The notes under the pieces were generated by a model. The model was not told where the DNA came from. It saw nothing but the letters and a program-made list of their open reading frames with translations, and did not search any database. From Antedon mediterranea (lineage: Eukaryota; Animalia; Echinodermata), in the NCBI RefSeq assembly GCF_964355755.1, contig NC_092680.1, forward strand, positions 20,035,045 to 20,099,044: a stretch of 64,000 nucleotides of DNA, written 5' to 3'. Each line of letters opens with the position of its first letter. The stretch's first letter is position 1. Positions 23,841-37,600 of this stretch are shown piece after piece. The position numbers and the translations under genes are program-made.

Positions 23841-26382
23841 AACCAGTGTTAGCTTTTCTGTAATTTCTGTAATTGTAAGTAAAATCGCAGGCGTCTGTGT
23901 TTTACTTGTACATTACCCCATAGATAAATAAGTGTAGTTACCTTTTCTTCTTTTCCTCCATTGTTGTCAGAAGAACGTTTTTTTCGAATACCACCAAGTA
24001 AACTCTGCTGTCAGAATAATCACTTCTACCGTATTTGGATTTCTTTGGCATACGTACGTTCAATACAATCCCTTGTATTTCTGGGTAATCTTCAGCCAGT
24101 ACTGAATAAACCTTGGACGATAGACGATTTAGGGTGATAATACAGGGACTTTACGAAACAGGACTGGAATAATATATACATGAGCTTTAATAAAGAGGGC
24201 GGAGCTAACCGTTAAATTCTGTCCTCTTAACTGTTTAAGGACGATAAAGAAGGTGGTCGTTATGTTGTATATCGTCAAAAGCTTATTTATACCGATATCA
24301 TAGTAACAACTGTTAATGTACAATACTACAACGCTTGTGTAGTAAAACTTCCAGTTAATGTAGAAACAGCTTATGTAGTAAAAAAAACAGCACTAGTTAA
24401 AAAAGGTAGCATGTCAACAGCTAATGTAGTTACTGTTACTAAAATTGTACAAAACCTATCTATAAATTTGATTAGACGCATCTCTTTACTTATTATTGGC
24501 CCTATCCCTTCTCAAAATCGACCACCTCCTAAAAGCGACCATTTCGTAAAATACTACATTCGTCAGCGATTACATAACGCAGCTAGGGACTCGATCATAT
24601 ACCGTATAGCCGACCAACAATACAAATGCTATAATAATAATCCATTACTCCCTAGACAGAACATTATACCCAACAACTACAATATGAACTTTACTTCCTG
24701 AGAAATGATTCCACGTTCGTTCTTTGGTAACTCTATCTGTCCGATGATTCCTGACGAATGATTGGCATTCTTCTTTTTCTCATTCAATCTTGCTTTTGTG
24801 TTCTTCAACAGCTGTTGCGTTTCATGTGCCAAACGGCTCACAGTGTTAGTCTGGGAATTAACGTCTGCTTCTTGTAATTTCTTTTACAAAATAGAAAGAT
24901 TTATAAATATAGTGTGTAGCTATAAACAACATTAATCGTATTGCTTTTTGTTAAGAGCATTAAAACGGCCCTAGATGTTTTTATATATAAGCCTAAATAT
25001 ATTGTACCACATGTGTCTCAAATGAGCGAGTCACACGACGAATCTATACTACCACACCTACAAAACATAGTTAAGCTAGTTTACACACCTGTAGATGATC
25101 TGCTAGTACATCAAACCAGTTATTAAGTTCTTTAAATCGTTCTTCCAGATCCGTAAATGAATACTCTTTATTTGATTCAAACGTCAATTTTTGAAACAAC
25201 ATGTGACAGTCTGTCCGGTATTCCCTGAACAACAAAAAATTGTCAACAGTACTCTATAACTTATTGTTATTAAATTACGTATTCCCATTATAAAAGTAGT
25301 ATTCTATTAAAAACCTTAATGATGAAGATAGATAATCTGGTGATTATAGTACAGGGCGGAATTTAACTCTCACAAACAACAATGCCACAAGTAATAAATA
25401 AACAAAGATAGTTTTATCATTAAAAAAAACATGAACTGATTTGAAAGAATATAACCATTGCATGTTACAAAGCCTATTGTTTTTATTTTTACCTTTAAAA
25501 AAAATATGTATGTAGGCTTTAGAATACAAATACAATGTTTTATATCTAAAAATCAATGAAATGAAAAAAAAAGCAAATCTTACTTTACAAATGAAAGCAG
25601 ATTCTGTCGAATATCCTGATTCAGATAGTAAAACTCAAAACATTTGAAGAAACGCTCCTGAAGCCAGTATTTCAACAACTTATACACTTCAACAACATCT
25701 TGAAATGCATACTTTAAATTCTCTATGAAGCTACAGAAGTAGGTTAGTTTTATTAATAATGATAACAATTAAGTTACAAATTAACACTTATGTTAGTAAA
25801 AAGAAATTTAAATATAAATAAAAATATCCTGATTCAGGGAAACGACTCAAAATCAGAAAGATTTTTAAATACTGCAACTACATCTTTAAATGCGCTGTCA
25901 TCCTAATCGCATATGAAGTTCAAACTGAATATCATGTCTACATCCAGAAACACTATTATTAATTATTGTAATAATAGCACTAACAATTGTATGAATGATA
26001 TAATTCTTACTATAATTAAAATATTTTAACATCATGCTTTAGCCTTTTCAATTAAATACGTGTTTGAAAGTAGAATCATAGATATGAGACATCAAACACA
26101 TTTTAACAAAACGAACAGAAGATGCAAGGTTTCGTACCTGGTAAGATCAGAATCAATGTCATACAAATGAGAAAACATTTTTTGTTCACCGTCAGAGAAA
26201 AGTGTTTGGAATTCGTACATTTCCCGTGTTTCTCTCAAACGTACGTGTATCGACTTCATTTTATTAAATAAAGGTTCACATTCCTAAAACAAATAATATA
26301 ATTATTGTAGTGAAAAGCTTGTTTGTGATTTTTGAAACACTTTGATGGAAAATGATCCTTCTATATAAAGTGGGCCAACGTT

Positions 26383-26528
26383 AAGCCTTGTATACACTAT
26401 AAAATTGTATGTGTCAAAAAACTGTGATGTTCCCATGTTAGTGCTATGTTTAAATATGGAAGTGATATGACATCATCGTGTCCATATATGGGCATATCAC
26501 ATAACGTTTGATAGTGTAGACAAGGCTT
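26383..26528. mobile_element. Short MITE
   Basis: Terminal inverted repeats AAGCCTTGT(A)TACACTA ... TAGTGTAGACAAGGCTT in T/A flanks. Confidence 0.7.
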
Positions 26529-27060
26529 TAGATGCGGTAGAAAATATGTTTTTTAAATTTCTCCTTGGGGTGATTTCATGATGAAATGTGAAAAGATTAT
26601 CAGGCATTAAATAATTGAATTGATTATAGTACTATTAAGCAGAGTTGTAACCTACTTTTATACACGTAGGTTCTTTTAACTCATCATATATCGCATTATG
26701 GTACGTTTCTGTAGTATTTTGCTCGTCATCCCATGTGTCTTGTTCCGATTCTGTCGGAGTCGGACTATCCGGCTCTTGCTGCTGTCGGTCTGTTGGTCCT
26801 GAGCATGGTAATTGAGTCGTTCCAGGAAATATAGCTGATTGTCGTAACTTGTCCTGAAGCTGCATAATAAGGTTTAACCATTTTAAAATTGTGTTGATAT
26901 AATTAGGTTGCTCCGTTGCTAAAATAATATTGTATGCATAATAATATTATAGCAATGTATTGGCAGTATCAAGATTCGTTTTTACAATTAGGGTATCATC
27001 GTTGAACTGTGCATTAAAATTAGGACCTTAGCAAATATTATGGTAATACATATTCTTTAA

Positions 27061-27526
27061 AGATGTATTGTCCCCCTGAAAAAAATAATTATTAAAAAAA
27101 TTGTTTTTGAATATTCCATTTTAATATAACATGATAGTTATCCACTTTGACAAAAAATTGGATCGAAAAAAATGTATTTACTGAAAAGAAAATGTAGTTT
27201 AAAGCAAAAAATGGTCAAATTGGCTGCCAGCCCATTGATTTTTGGTTGAATTTTATCATTTATTTTGTCATTTTATAAGTAAAAACATGATTTTTTTTCG
27301 TTTTTTTCCAATTCAATCAATCAATCAATCAATCAAAGTAACATTTATTTCTCTTCTTCTCTTTCATAGAATATAAAAATTAACAGTAAATATGATTTAA
27401 ATAAGAGGGGCAACATCCCTAAAAAAGCGAAGCTTGTGATTAACTTGATTAAAACTACAAAATAACATATTCAATGTCTGATTTAATTAATTTTCATTTT
27501 TCATGTTTTTGGGGGACAATACATCT
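27061..27526. mobile_element. Second copy of the Kolobok-like MITE (inverted), with a nested insertion of about 130 bp carrying (CAAT)n
   Basis: Same TIRs and TTAA flanks. The internal AATTGGCTGCCAGCC segment is the reverse complement of the first copy. Confidence 0.85.
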
Positions 27527-27722
27527 TTAAAAACACTGCTTTATTCTTACACGTAGAGCAAAAATTAAATTTTAAGCGAAAAAGTTACAATAAACTCAAT
27601 ATTTTTTACAAACACGCTACAACTTATTGTATAAAAATGTTTAAAACATTACCTCTTTTTGCAATGGTTGCTTTGGGACATCGGTGGTTAGTCTGTATGT
27701 ATAATGAATAAATGGATAGATG

Positions 27723-30168
27723 ATCATTACATCATAAAACTAAAATTAATTGTTATTTTTTAAGTGTATCAATAAATAAATAACCAAGATTGTCATTATT
27801 ATAGAAATCCAAATCCACCAAGAATAATATATTCCATCGACCAGCATTCATACAAAATTCGTCTATTCATATTTCATGCAGTCCTATAAAAACTGACACA
27901 TTATACCAAATACAATGTACCACCATCTACCAATATATGCCAAATCACAATCAATCTGGAACACAAACCATCTAATGAATACTAACACAGACAGTGAATT
28001 CATCTAACGTTATACTAATAATATAACCAACTTATTCGTCGACATTTTAGGTAGTTCTAAAATATTTCAAACCAATTTAAATCCGAGTTCATCAAATTCA
28101 ATTATGACACAGTATAACTGTTTGCCTCTGGTCGGGGTCCATAGGCAAATGATAATAAATAATTTGTTATTGAAACGGTTTGATAATTAATACATAAAAC
28201 AACGTCGTAAACTAAAGGAGAAGGCTTCTCTAAATGGTAAATTATAATTTCAAATTTCAACTCGGCATTACTAGGCAAACATGCTGAAATTTCACCGAAG
28301 TTGATTCGTCCCAAGATGGCTTTAGGGCTAGAATACATTTTCTTTATTTTCTGTAGGTCCTTTTGCAGTTTTGAACGTTGTTAGTAGTTTGGTGGTTGGA
28401 TCTGATAATATTAGGGCTTTAATGTTATTACACAATGGTCTCCCTCTGAATTTTATAGTGTGATTTAATACTATTTATTGTACAGATGACAAGCAGTAGT
28501 AAACATTTTATATTTAAATTATATAAACTCCAGATTGGTCTCTTATGTATGACACTAATTTACTACACTCATTTAAGGATTATTGTTCTTTCTTACAATA
28601 TGATTTTAGTATAAGGCAAAAAAACTTAGTTTTACATAACATTTGAACAAACAGGTAACTTCTATTTTGTATGCAGGGCATTTTTTAAAAATTAGTTACC
28701 CTATCAATTAAGAATAACTAGATCTTTGTTTATGACTACTGCTTTGTTTAATTTTCCAAGCACCATAATTTCTATAATAGATTTGACATTAACAAAAAAC
28801 AAACAAAAAACATACCTTTTTGGAAAGTGTTCTGAAGAAGTTTCAGCTGATTGAAAATGAGAGAAGAAAGAAAATGCGATGTCATTACTTCAAAATGCAT
28901 GCAATGGGCTTATTGTGGACTATTATGGGACTATTGCACAATAAAATCATTACATCATAAAACTAAAATTAATTGTTATTTTTTAAGTGTATCAATAAAT
29001 AAATAACCAAGATTGTCATTATTATAGAAATCCAAATCCACCAAGAATAATATATTCCATCGACCAGCATTCATACAAAATTCGTCTATTCATATTTCAT
29101 GCAGTCCTATAAAAACTGACACATTATACCAAATACAATGTACCACCATCTACCAATATATGCCAAATCACAATCAATCTGGAACACAAACCATCTAATG
29201 AATACTAACACAGACAGTGAATTCATCTAACGTTATACTAATAATATAACCAACTTATTCGTCGACATTTTAGGTAGTTCTAAAATATTTCAAACCAATT
29301 TAAATCCGAGTTCATCAAATTCAATTATGACACAGTATAACTGTTTGCCTCTGGTCGGGGTCCATAGGCAAATGATAATAAATAATTTGTTATTGAAACG
29401 GTTTGATAATTAATACATAAAACAACGTCGTAAACTAAAGGAGAAGGCTTCTCTAAATGGTAAATTATAATTTCAAATTTCAACTCGGCATTACTAGGCA
29501 AACATGCTGAAATTTCACCGAAGTTGATTCGTCCCAAGATGGCTTTAGGGCTAGAATACATTTTCTTTATTTTCTGTAGGTCCTTTTGCAGTTTTGAACG
29601 TTGTTAGTAGTTTGGTGGTTGGATCTGATAATATTAGGGCTTTAATGTTATTACACAATGGTCTCCCTCTGAATTTTATAGTGTGATTTAATACTATTTA
29701 TTGTACAGATGACAAGCAGTAGTAAACATTTTATATTTAAATTATATAAACTCCAGATTGGTCTCTTATGTATGACACTAATTTACTACACTCATTTAAG
29801 GATTATTGTTCTTTCTTACAATATGATTTTAGTATAAGGCAAAAAAACTTAGTTTTACATAACATTTGAACAAACAGGTAACTTCTATTTTGTATGCAGG
29901 GCATTTTTTAAAAATTAGTTACCCTATCAATTAAGAATAACTAGATCTTTGTTTATGACTACTGCTTTGTTTAATTTTCCAAGCACCATAATTTCTATAA
30001 TAGATTTGACATTAACAAAAAACAAACAAAAAACATACCTTTTTGGAAAGTGTTCTGAAGAAGTTTCAGCTGATTGAAAATGAGAGAAGAAAGAAAATGC
30101 GATGTCATTACTTCAAAATGCATGCAATGGGCTTATTGTGGACTATTATGGGACTATTGCACAATAAA
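27723..30168. repeat. 1,223-bp tandem direct duplication, copies apparently identical, containing gene B micro-exon 2
   Basis: Unit 27723-28945 is repeated at 28946-30168. Identical 78-aa ORFs at 28102 and 29325 are offset by 1223. Confidence 0.95.
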
Positions 30169-33100
30169 AATCTGCCTAAATTTCCATCAGAATGGAATGT
30201 GTAATAGTCATATGTTTTGTTAATTACTGGTAACATATGTATTCATAGAAATAATAAAAAATAAAAATATAAAATGGGTTTTACACTTTACAAAACTGTT
30301 AACACAAAGAGTTAGCATATGTGACGTTTGAGGAAGTGTGTTTTCAGTATAAATGAGAAATACGTTCTATTGTATGGAGCGAGCTCTCATAATTATATTC
30401 ATCCGCTTAACTTGTCACTCTCAATTACGCTTTCAGTACAGTGTACTACGTAACGTTTTATTGCAATTGAGATTTTAGAATAATAGTATACTGATCAATC
30501 AGTCAGTTAATATTAACTAACAACCAAAACAGAACATATTGTAAATTGAACCATATCTTTTACCATTCAAAATAAATTAAGAATTAGTGCCCACACACTT
30601 GAAAAGGACAGATATGCCTCTCCACGGATCCCACCGGAATTACGACTCGCTTCGCTCGCGTACCATCTTGGTCGTGCCCACAGATGGTTCTCGAATACAC
30701 AGTAATTTCAGCGTAACAAAACTGGCGATTTCAAATGTGTACGTACCGCAGGACTACGATACATTGTCGTTTACAGAAACGAATAAATAGACACGATGAT
30801 TTATGTAGTCAAATAAAATTAGCACCCTGGGAATTACTTCCGAAGGAGAAACTTATCACAAAATGAGGCCAAATTACTCATTTAAAGAAAATTTGTGTTT
30901 TGTATGTAACATTAGGGTTGAGGGATGGGAAAGCGGATAGGTACAAAGAGGAACAATTTTTAAATATATTCTTTATCCACTCAGTAACGAAATATTTTGT
31001 TCATGTTTTTCATAAATAATATACCTCTAAATACAGTAAAACATTTGCGATTTAATACTTTGTTAAAACTGTCACTGTCATAATCGATTGACATATTAAA
31101 GTACATGTCACGATATACCACTACGACGTTTATATTATTGGTAATTAATGTGTTTATATATCTAACAGTAGAGCCTAACCACAATCTCAGTAATAAAGTT
31201 TATTTGTATATATTTTTATATTACATCTAACAGTACGAACATTCACAGTAAGAAATGTTCGATTTAAATGAGGACCAAAAATAGTTAATAGGTATTTACA
31301 GTATTGTCAAAGTATTGCAAGTTTATTCTCAAAGGGCCCATATATTTACCTACCGTATGTGTTAAACCAAGGGCTCATAAATTTACCTACTTGTGTTAAA
31401 CCAAACTCTGGCAGACTGAGAGATTGGGATGTTCCATTCATCGCAAATCAATACATTTGTATAATCGTATATTAAATCTATCAAAATAGTATTTTTTAAA
31501 GAAAATCGGCCTGTCTTCAACATTATGATGCTGTACTCTAGCTGTTCAACCGGTTTTCAGCTATTAAAAACAATTATCGTAGGAGGAGATAGGAAAATGC
31601 GAAGCCTCCTCGCATTTTTGTGGCGGGTATTTTTCAAGACGGACATCCATTAGACAGTGTATACCACGATCGGAAAACACCCCTATTTGGGGCAAATCGT
31701 TGAACCTAAATTCGTTTTAATCGTCAATAACTAATTATCTAACTCAATTTAATTAGTAAACAGGGTTACATCAGGCGGTTAAAATCAGTACCGAAAGTAC
31801 GAACCAACTTTACATACCATCGAGTAAAAATGCTAGAAGTAAGGCGCGATTTACCGAATTTTGCCCTTACGTAAATTTATATATAGATGACGAAATACGT
31901 TCTAAAATGTGTAATCCTTTGCCATAACTCTAACGGCTGATGATAATCTGAACTTTTTAAACATTGAAAATAGATATATACATGGACCTATGGTTTATAG
32001 TTATTAAAATAAATAAGCAAAATCTTTTTTTGTAAATCCATAGCTAGAAAGTAAGAAGAATTATTCAACGGTTGTGAAAGAGAGGTAAAGTAAAGTTAAT
32101 AATTAAACTGATCATAATATAAAATGTGACGGTAAAAGTTTAGTAACATTTTTACCCGAATTTTAACATGTTTCTTTTTTATAATTATAACAGAAACATT
32201 ACAATACAATATAAAGTTACATCAATATTTTTTTTTCTAATTCAATGTGTGGTATTTTGCATTGAATGCCCGATTATAGTCCGTTTTGAGTTTATCAAAT
32301 TTTCTGGGGTGTATTTTCGTGTACTGCTACTGTTTTAATTTCCAAAAACAAAAAAACAAAAACTTACGGATTGGTTGGTTCTCATATCTAGGCTCATTAA
32401 TTTGAGTATATTGATCTTCATCTTCATCTACGGTCGAAAAATCTACGTAAGATTTAGATTCGTTACCATCCCCCGACGCCGAATTTGGGCGAGATTTTGG
32501 CGCATCTATGTGCGGCACTCTGCTTGCCATGGCGTTTCCCAAATGACTGATGAATCATTTACGGTACTAACAATTATATCTATATCTAAATTATCTCTTA
32601 ATTTGGTACATATACGTTTCCTCAATATGCTCCATTGATTTTTCATTTAGAAAAACCAATAACTAAGTATTTCTAATAGATGTTTATTGTTCATCTAACA
32701 CAAATAAAACTACAATATGTAAGGGGCGCGCTTGTTTCGATTGGTTTTTACACGCCAATTGGGGAGTCAGAAAGGATTTAACTGCTTCCTTATATCTATA
32801 ATATTATAAATAAATGTTTAGTCAGCCGTATACAAAAATCTAGCATAAAGAGTACATAATAAGTTCAAATAACTTAAGGTTTATCAACCAGAAAACGATA
32901 CATAATCATAAAAATGGTTTTTTTTTCTACACTTTATTGAATCATGTAAATGTACTTTTTATATATTTATATATATATATATATATATTAGAACATTCAA
33001 CAGAAATATTTAAAGACATGATGAGAAAAGTGTGGTTAAAGAAGTACAATAATGTCAATAAGAGTTTTAAATAATGATAAAAAATAAGAATTATCATTAT

Positions 33101-33279
33101 ACATAAATATATATAATTATATCACTCGCACTGGTGAAGGGCTTTTTTCTGACTGGAATTACATTGTATCTCCATTAGATTCAGCCTCTGATACCCACAG
33201 CATTGTCATTTGTAGTAATTTGCCTTTGGATTGATATTTATTATACATTCAAGGCTTAGATGGAAGCTCTATACCGCCC

Positions 33280-34179
33280 GCGATTTTTTTTTTCGTACAT
33301 AAGTTGGGGACCCCCCTCATGAAACGTCACAAAATAAACATGAATAATTCATCAGTTACATTTTCTTGTTCCGTGTGCACCCAAGCGTATAGCAACAAGA
33401 AGTGATTACACAACTGCGATACGATACTTTTACAGTAGGCCTAGGATTCTAAGTCAATTCACGTGATTGCCTTCGCGCACTCTTCTTCACACACACACAC
33501 ACCACTATGCAAAATGTGTCGAGTCGAGGCTAATCGTACTAGGCAAAACATTACACTAAATAGTAATTCATTGGACATAGCCCAAAGAAAGCTTAGACCC
33601 ACAAGAATAAAGAATGTGTATAATTTGTGTACTGTATTTTTTTAATTCTGCTATTTTATTATCAAACAATATGCATGTAATCAAAGGAACTTTAAAAATG
33701 CGCGTATATGAACACATGAGATGGGAAGATTAGACCCACGAGAATAAAAAATGTATTTTTGTGTAATGTTTATTTAATTTTGCTGACTCTAACACACACG
33801 TCACACACACCAACACAGCTACTACTAGAATAGACATGGGTTTAGAGAATAGTAATTAGGCCTAATAGTATCAATAGAAACTATAATTTTAACACGTAAT
33901 TCTTTAGTAATAAATTATATTAAACACACCATAAACTAAAGGCTGATTATTTCGACAATCCACACAAAACGCCGCTATTCTATTATGAAATCGCACGCGG
34001 CAACCACAGCGGAGATAGGCCTAGAATCGTACCGCACTTGTGTAAACTACTGTAATCACTTCTTGTTGCTATACGCTTGGGTGCACACGGAACAAGAAAA
34101 TTTAACTGATGAATTATTCATGTTTATTTTGTGACGTTTCATGAGGGGTCCCCAACTTATGTACGAAAAAAAAAATCGC
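33280..34179. mobile_element. Mutator-like non-autonomous element with about 130-bp TIRs and a 9-bp TSD
   Basis: TIRs 33280-33410 and 34051-34179 are near-perfect inverted copies. Direct repeat ATACCGCCC at 33271-33279 and 34180-34188. Confidence 0.85.
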
Positions 34180-34197
34180 ATACCGCCCGGTGAGCAT

Positions 34198-34470
34198 GGG
34201 TATATGATAACTTTAACAAAACGTCGTGAATAGCCTACATTAGCCATTTACAGTATATTGATATTGATTCGCCAAGACATTCATTTGGAATCCATCCTTG
34301 TTTGTTGTCTGTAAGATTTATAGCTCGTACCCACCTATTATTATAATTGATAATAAACAATAAATTGTACAATGAGATAGAATTACACGATACATTATAT
34401 ATTAGTATTATTTATCATATCATAAACTACTTTGTTACGTTGTTTCACTTCACAAATTTATACTTTATTA
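34198..34470 (-). pseudogene. Degenerate duplicate of gene C terminal SH3 exon and flanks
   Basis: Copy of 34583-34855 with a 1-nt deletion just after the acceptor (cccacct vs cccaacct) and a small deletion in the tail. Confidence 0.85.
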
Positions 34471-34624
34471 TACAATGAATTTTACGTTGTATCTCCATTA
34501 GATTCAGCCACTGATACCCACAGCATTGTCATTAGTCATTTGCCTTTGGATTGATATTATATACATTCAAGGCTTCGATGGAAGGGTATATGATAATTGT
34601 TATTGACGTCGTGAATAGCCTACA

Positions 34625-37600
34625 TTAGCCATTTACAGTATAATCGGTACTTGGTATTGATTCGCCAAGACATTCATTTGGAATCCATCCTTGTTTGCTG
34701 TCTGTAAGATTTATAGCTCGTACCCAACCTATTATTATATAATTGATAATAAACAATGAATTGTACAATGAGATAGAATTACACGATACATATATAAATA
34801 TTATTTATCATTATCAAAAACTACTTTGTTACGTCGTTTCACTTCACAAATTCAACAATGTAATATCTGTTTATTGTATATAGGTTTGATTCTAGAGACG
34901 TTATTTCCAAATACAAACGGGAATACAATATTAAGTTCGGTACATTTATAGAAGGTATGAAAAATAATTTTACACCTTTCAATTTTAGATATTGTTTTAA
35001 AAATCATTGATCTGCATGTTTGTGTTATTAGATATGAACATGTTATACTAGCATACTTACCATTTAATCTATCAGTTATTTCTACCTCATCACCAACATT
35101 GACTTCCAGATTACCACTGTTACTCTTATGAAATTCTTTAGCAATCTTGTATTTTGGTCTACCTGGTTCGATAAGCCATATAAATCAATCAATCAATCAA
35201 GTAAATATTAATAAAACTTAAACATAATGTTATACAGCACGCTATCAAATGTTAGGGAAATGAGATGTGTAGAGATTAATATACATTCTCAACACAATAA
35301 CCAATGATATTGGCAGATCAAAAACCAAAATATATAAAACAAAATTTATCTAAGCTTGTAGGTATTTTTTTTACAAATAAATGTTAATTTATGCATTTAT
35401 CCATTATTATTCTTATCAAACAATACACAAAATACTTGGTTTCATATAAAATATATTTCGAAAGAAACACCTATCTATAATCCCCTCTTTCAGACTAAAA
35501 GTGAATATTAAAAATTCAACTAAAACACCAAAAAGTGAAAGTAAATTGGCTCAAACTTAAAAATATTGTAAATATCACTTACTCCAGGGGGCATATTGTT
35601 CCCCGTCGTCGCTTGATGAAACGGACAACGTTTTTTGCCAGAATTCGAAACTTCTGTAATTTTAAAGTTAACATAGTAAATAGTGTATTTTACAAAAGTT
35701 CGTTTATATTATACATATTCGTTCTGTTGATCTAAATTTTGGAGTTTGGATTTGAAGGTAAATTCATATAAAGGAAGCAGTATGGAATGTTGTTAATTTT
35801 ATATTTCTATTTATGAATTCATACCGTAACATAATTTTAGTCAAAAACAACAATTGAATTTGTCGGGAATCAATAACGTTTGCTTTTAAACATTTTCACA
35901 CTATAACGTTTCCTAATGTTAAGAACAAACTCAACCCACCTGTCTTGCGAAGGCTCCCAACACACATAGTACAGCCTTCTCTCAGGACACGTGTCATTGT
36001 GCATAACAATCAAGAATACATTAATTGACACACCTTTTTTCTTTGGTACTTTAAACGGATAGGTGTCACTTGATGGGTTCTCAACTTTAACAAAGTTCTT
36101 GTTGGCACAGTCGATGAGATTATAGCAAACCCTGAATATTGGAACATATTAAAACATTCAAAATTAGATATTCATCTGATCATCAAAAAAGCAAACAATT
36201 TCGTATTAAAAAATAGTACTGGTAAATTAAAATATTAAAAATTAAAAAAAAATAAAGTATTATTGTTGGTGTTTGGCTAGTTTATTAATGTTATTGTGAT
36301 CTGAGCAGGTACTTGCCAGTGGTACAACTGTATATTTTTTTTCTAGATTGTTATTTGTTTACATAAAATATTGTATTTGTTTTGTGGTGGATTAAAATTG
36401 TCATTATTTTTCATTATTTCATAATTAAACTTTAATGCATGTGCTAAAGAAAACATCAGTAGGCCTCCGTATGTAACATTGACTAAATTATATTTAAAGA
36501 TAAAAATGCCTCACTTCTTTTTAAACAATGTTTTTAAACTGCTAATGATAGTGGATGTTTTAATTTACTGTTATATGCTTACTCATTGTGTTTTTTGTTA
36601 TGCTTTTCGTTGATAAGCATTACCACTCGTTCGAATGTGACCAACTTTACATTTGATCCTGATTTCTTCCAGTCTTTGCTACCCTTTTTCTTGCTGGAAT
36701 ACACTATGACGTCATTCCAACTTTCAACCCAACTCTCATTACTAATTTGTTTCTCCTTCTACACATGAAAATATACACACATTTAAAATAAACAAATTAA
36801 AATACTTTGTACTAGGTTTGCAACTCTTCTTTAAACTGTAGAAATATCGGGACCTCTAAATATGTCATCCATGTCAACCACAAAACAAATACAAAGGCAA
36901 AAATATACGTATCGGAATTTATCGTATTGTCTATCAGTACTCATCCAGGCACGCCACACGATTGTTGGATTTTTATTGTTGAGATTTTTATAATTTTGCT
37001 TTTATAATACAGTTATATTAATACATTCAAAGTATCACTCTAATAAAGTGCAATTGTCCTTCAAATTGCTACAGAGTGTTTTTTACAATTTTACCTCTGA
37101 TAACAGCACACCCTCAACGGTTTCAAACTCCATACTGTGTAGAATCTTTGATACATGTCGTTCTTCTTTCATTTGCAATTCATGATTATGTTTTTGACAC
37201 TCGTTTATGATGCGATTCATGTTTTGAGTAAGGTCATAAGCAAGTCTCACTACATTTGCTTCCGGGTTGTAAGATATCTGAATCGCTTCTTGAAATCTCT
37301 TAAAAAACAAAATTACAATCAATTATTAATCTAACGGTGTAGGTAGAACTAATTCATTCATTTATTCAATCTTTTATTTCAGAATCTCTGGTCTGGTAAA
37401 ATTAATTACATATAAATTAATTAAGAGTAAACAAGACTGTACTAATTACTACTAATGGATGGCATTCCACCTGATTTTAATTAAATATAATTGTAGTTCA
37501 TTAAAGTTTGGTACAACAGTTTATACCGTACTCATTTAATGTAACTTTGACTTTTAGACCAGGTATATATGTATTTTTTTCTTTACTAAAAAGACAATCA

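Larger units (their letters stand above)
15591..32542 (-). pseudogene. Gene B: paralog with (DH-PH-SH3)x2, shortened linker and an in-frame TGA in PH1; pseudogene or null allele
   Basis: Exon 1 32368-32542 (MASRVP...YTQINEPRYENQP), micro-exon present twice (30039-30069 and 28816-28846), 27653-27692, 26656-26859, cassette 1 about 21410-26283, linker micro-exons about 20600-21270, cassette 2 about 15591-20449. Final exon GWVKAINLTDNRKGWIPDKCLGESILFH* with stop at 15591-15593. TGA at 22492-22494 where A and C have TGG. Confidence 0.75.

Noticed and set aside
28102-29561. Two identical 78-aa ORFs as duplicated small genes
   Set aside because: Intronic, no recognisable motif; the identity is explained by the 1,223-bp duplication.
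30580-32150. GC-richer segments in gene B intron 1 (similar patch at about 49520-49990)
   Set aside because: Probably transposon remnants, but I could not define termini, TSDs or coding motifs.
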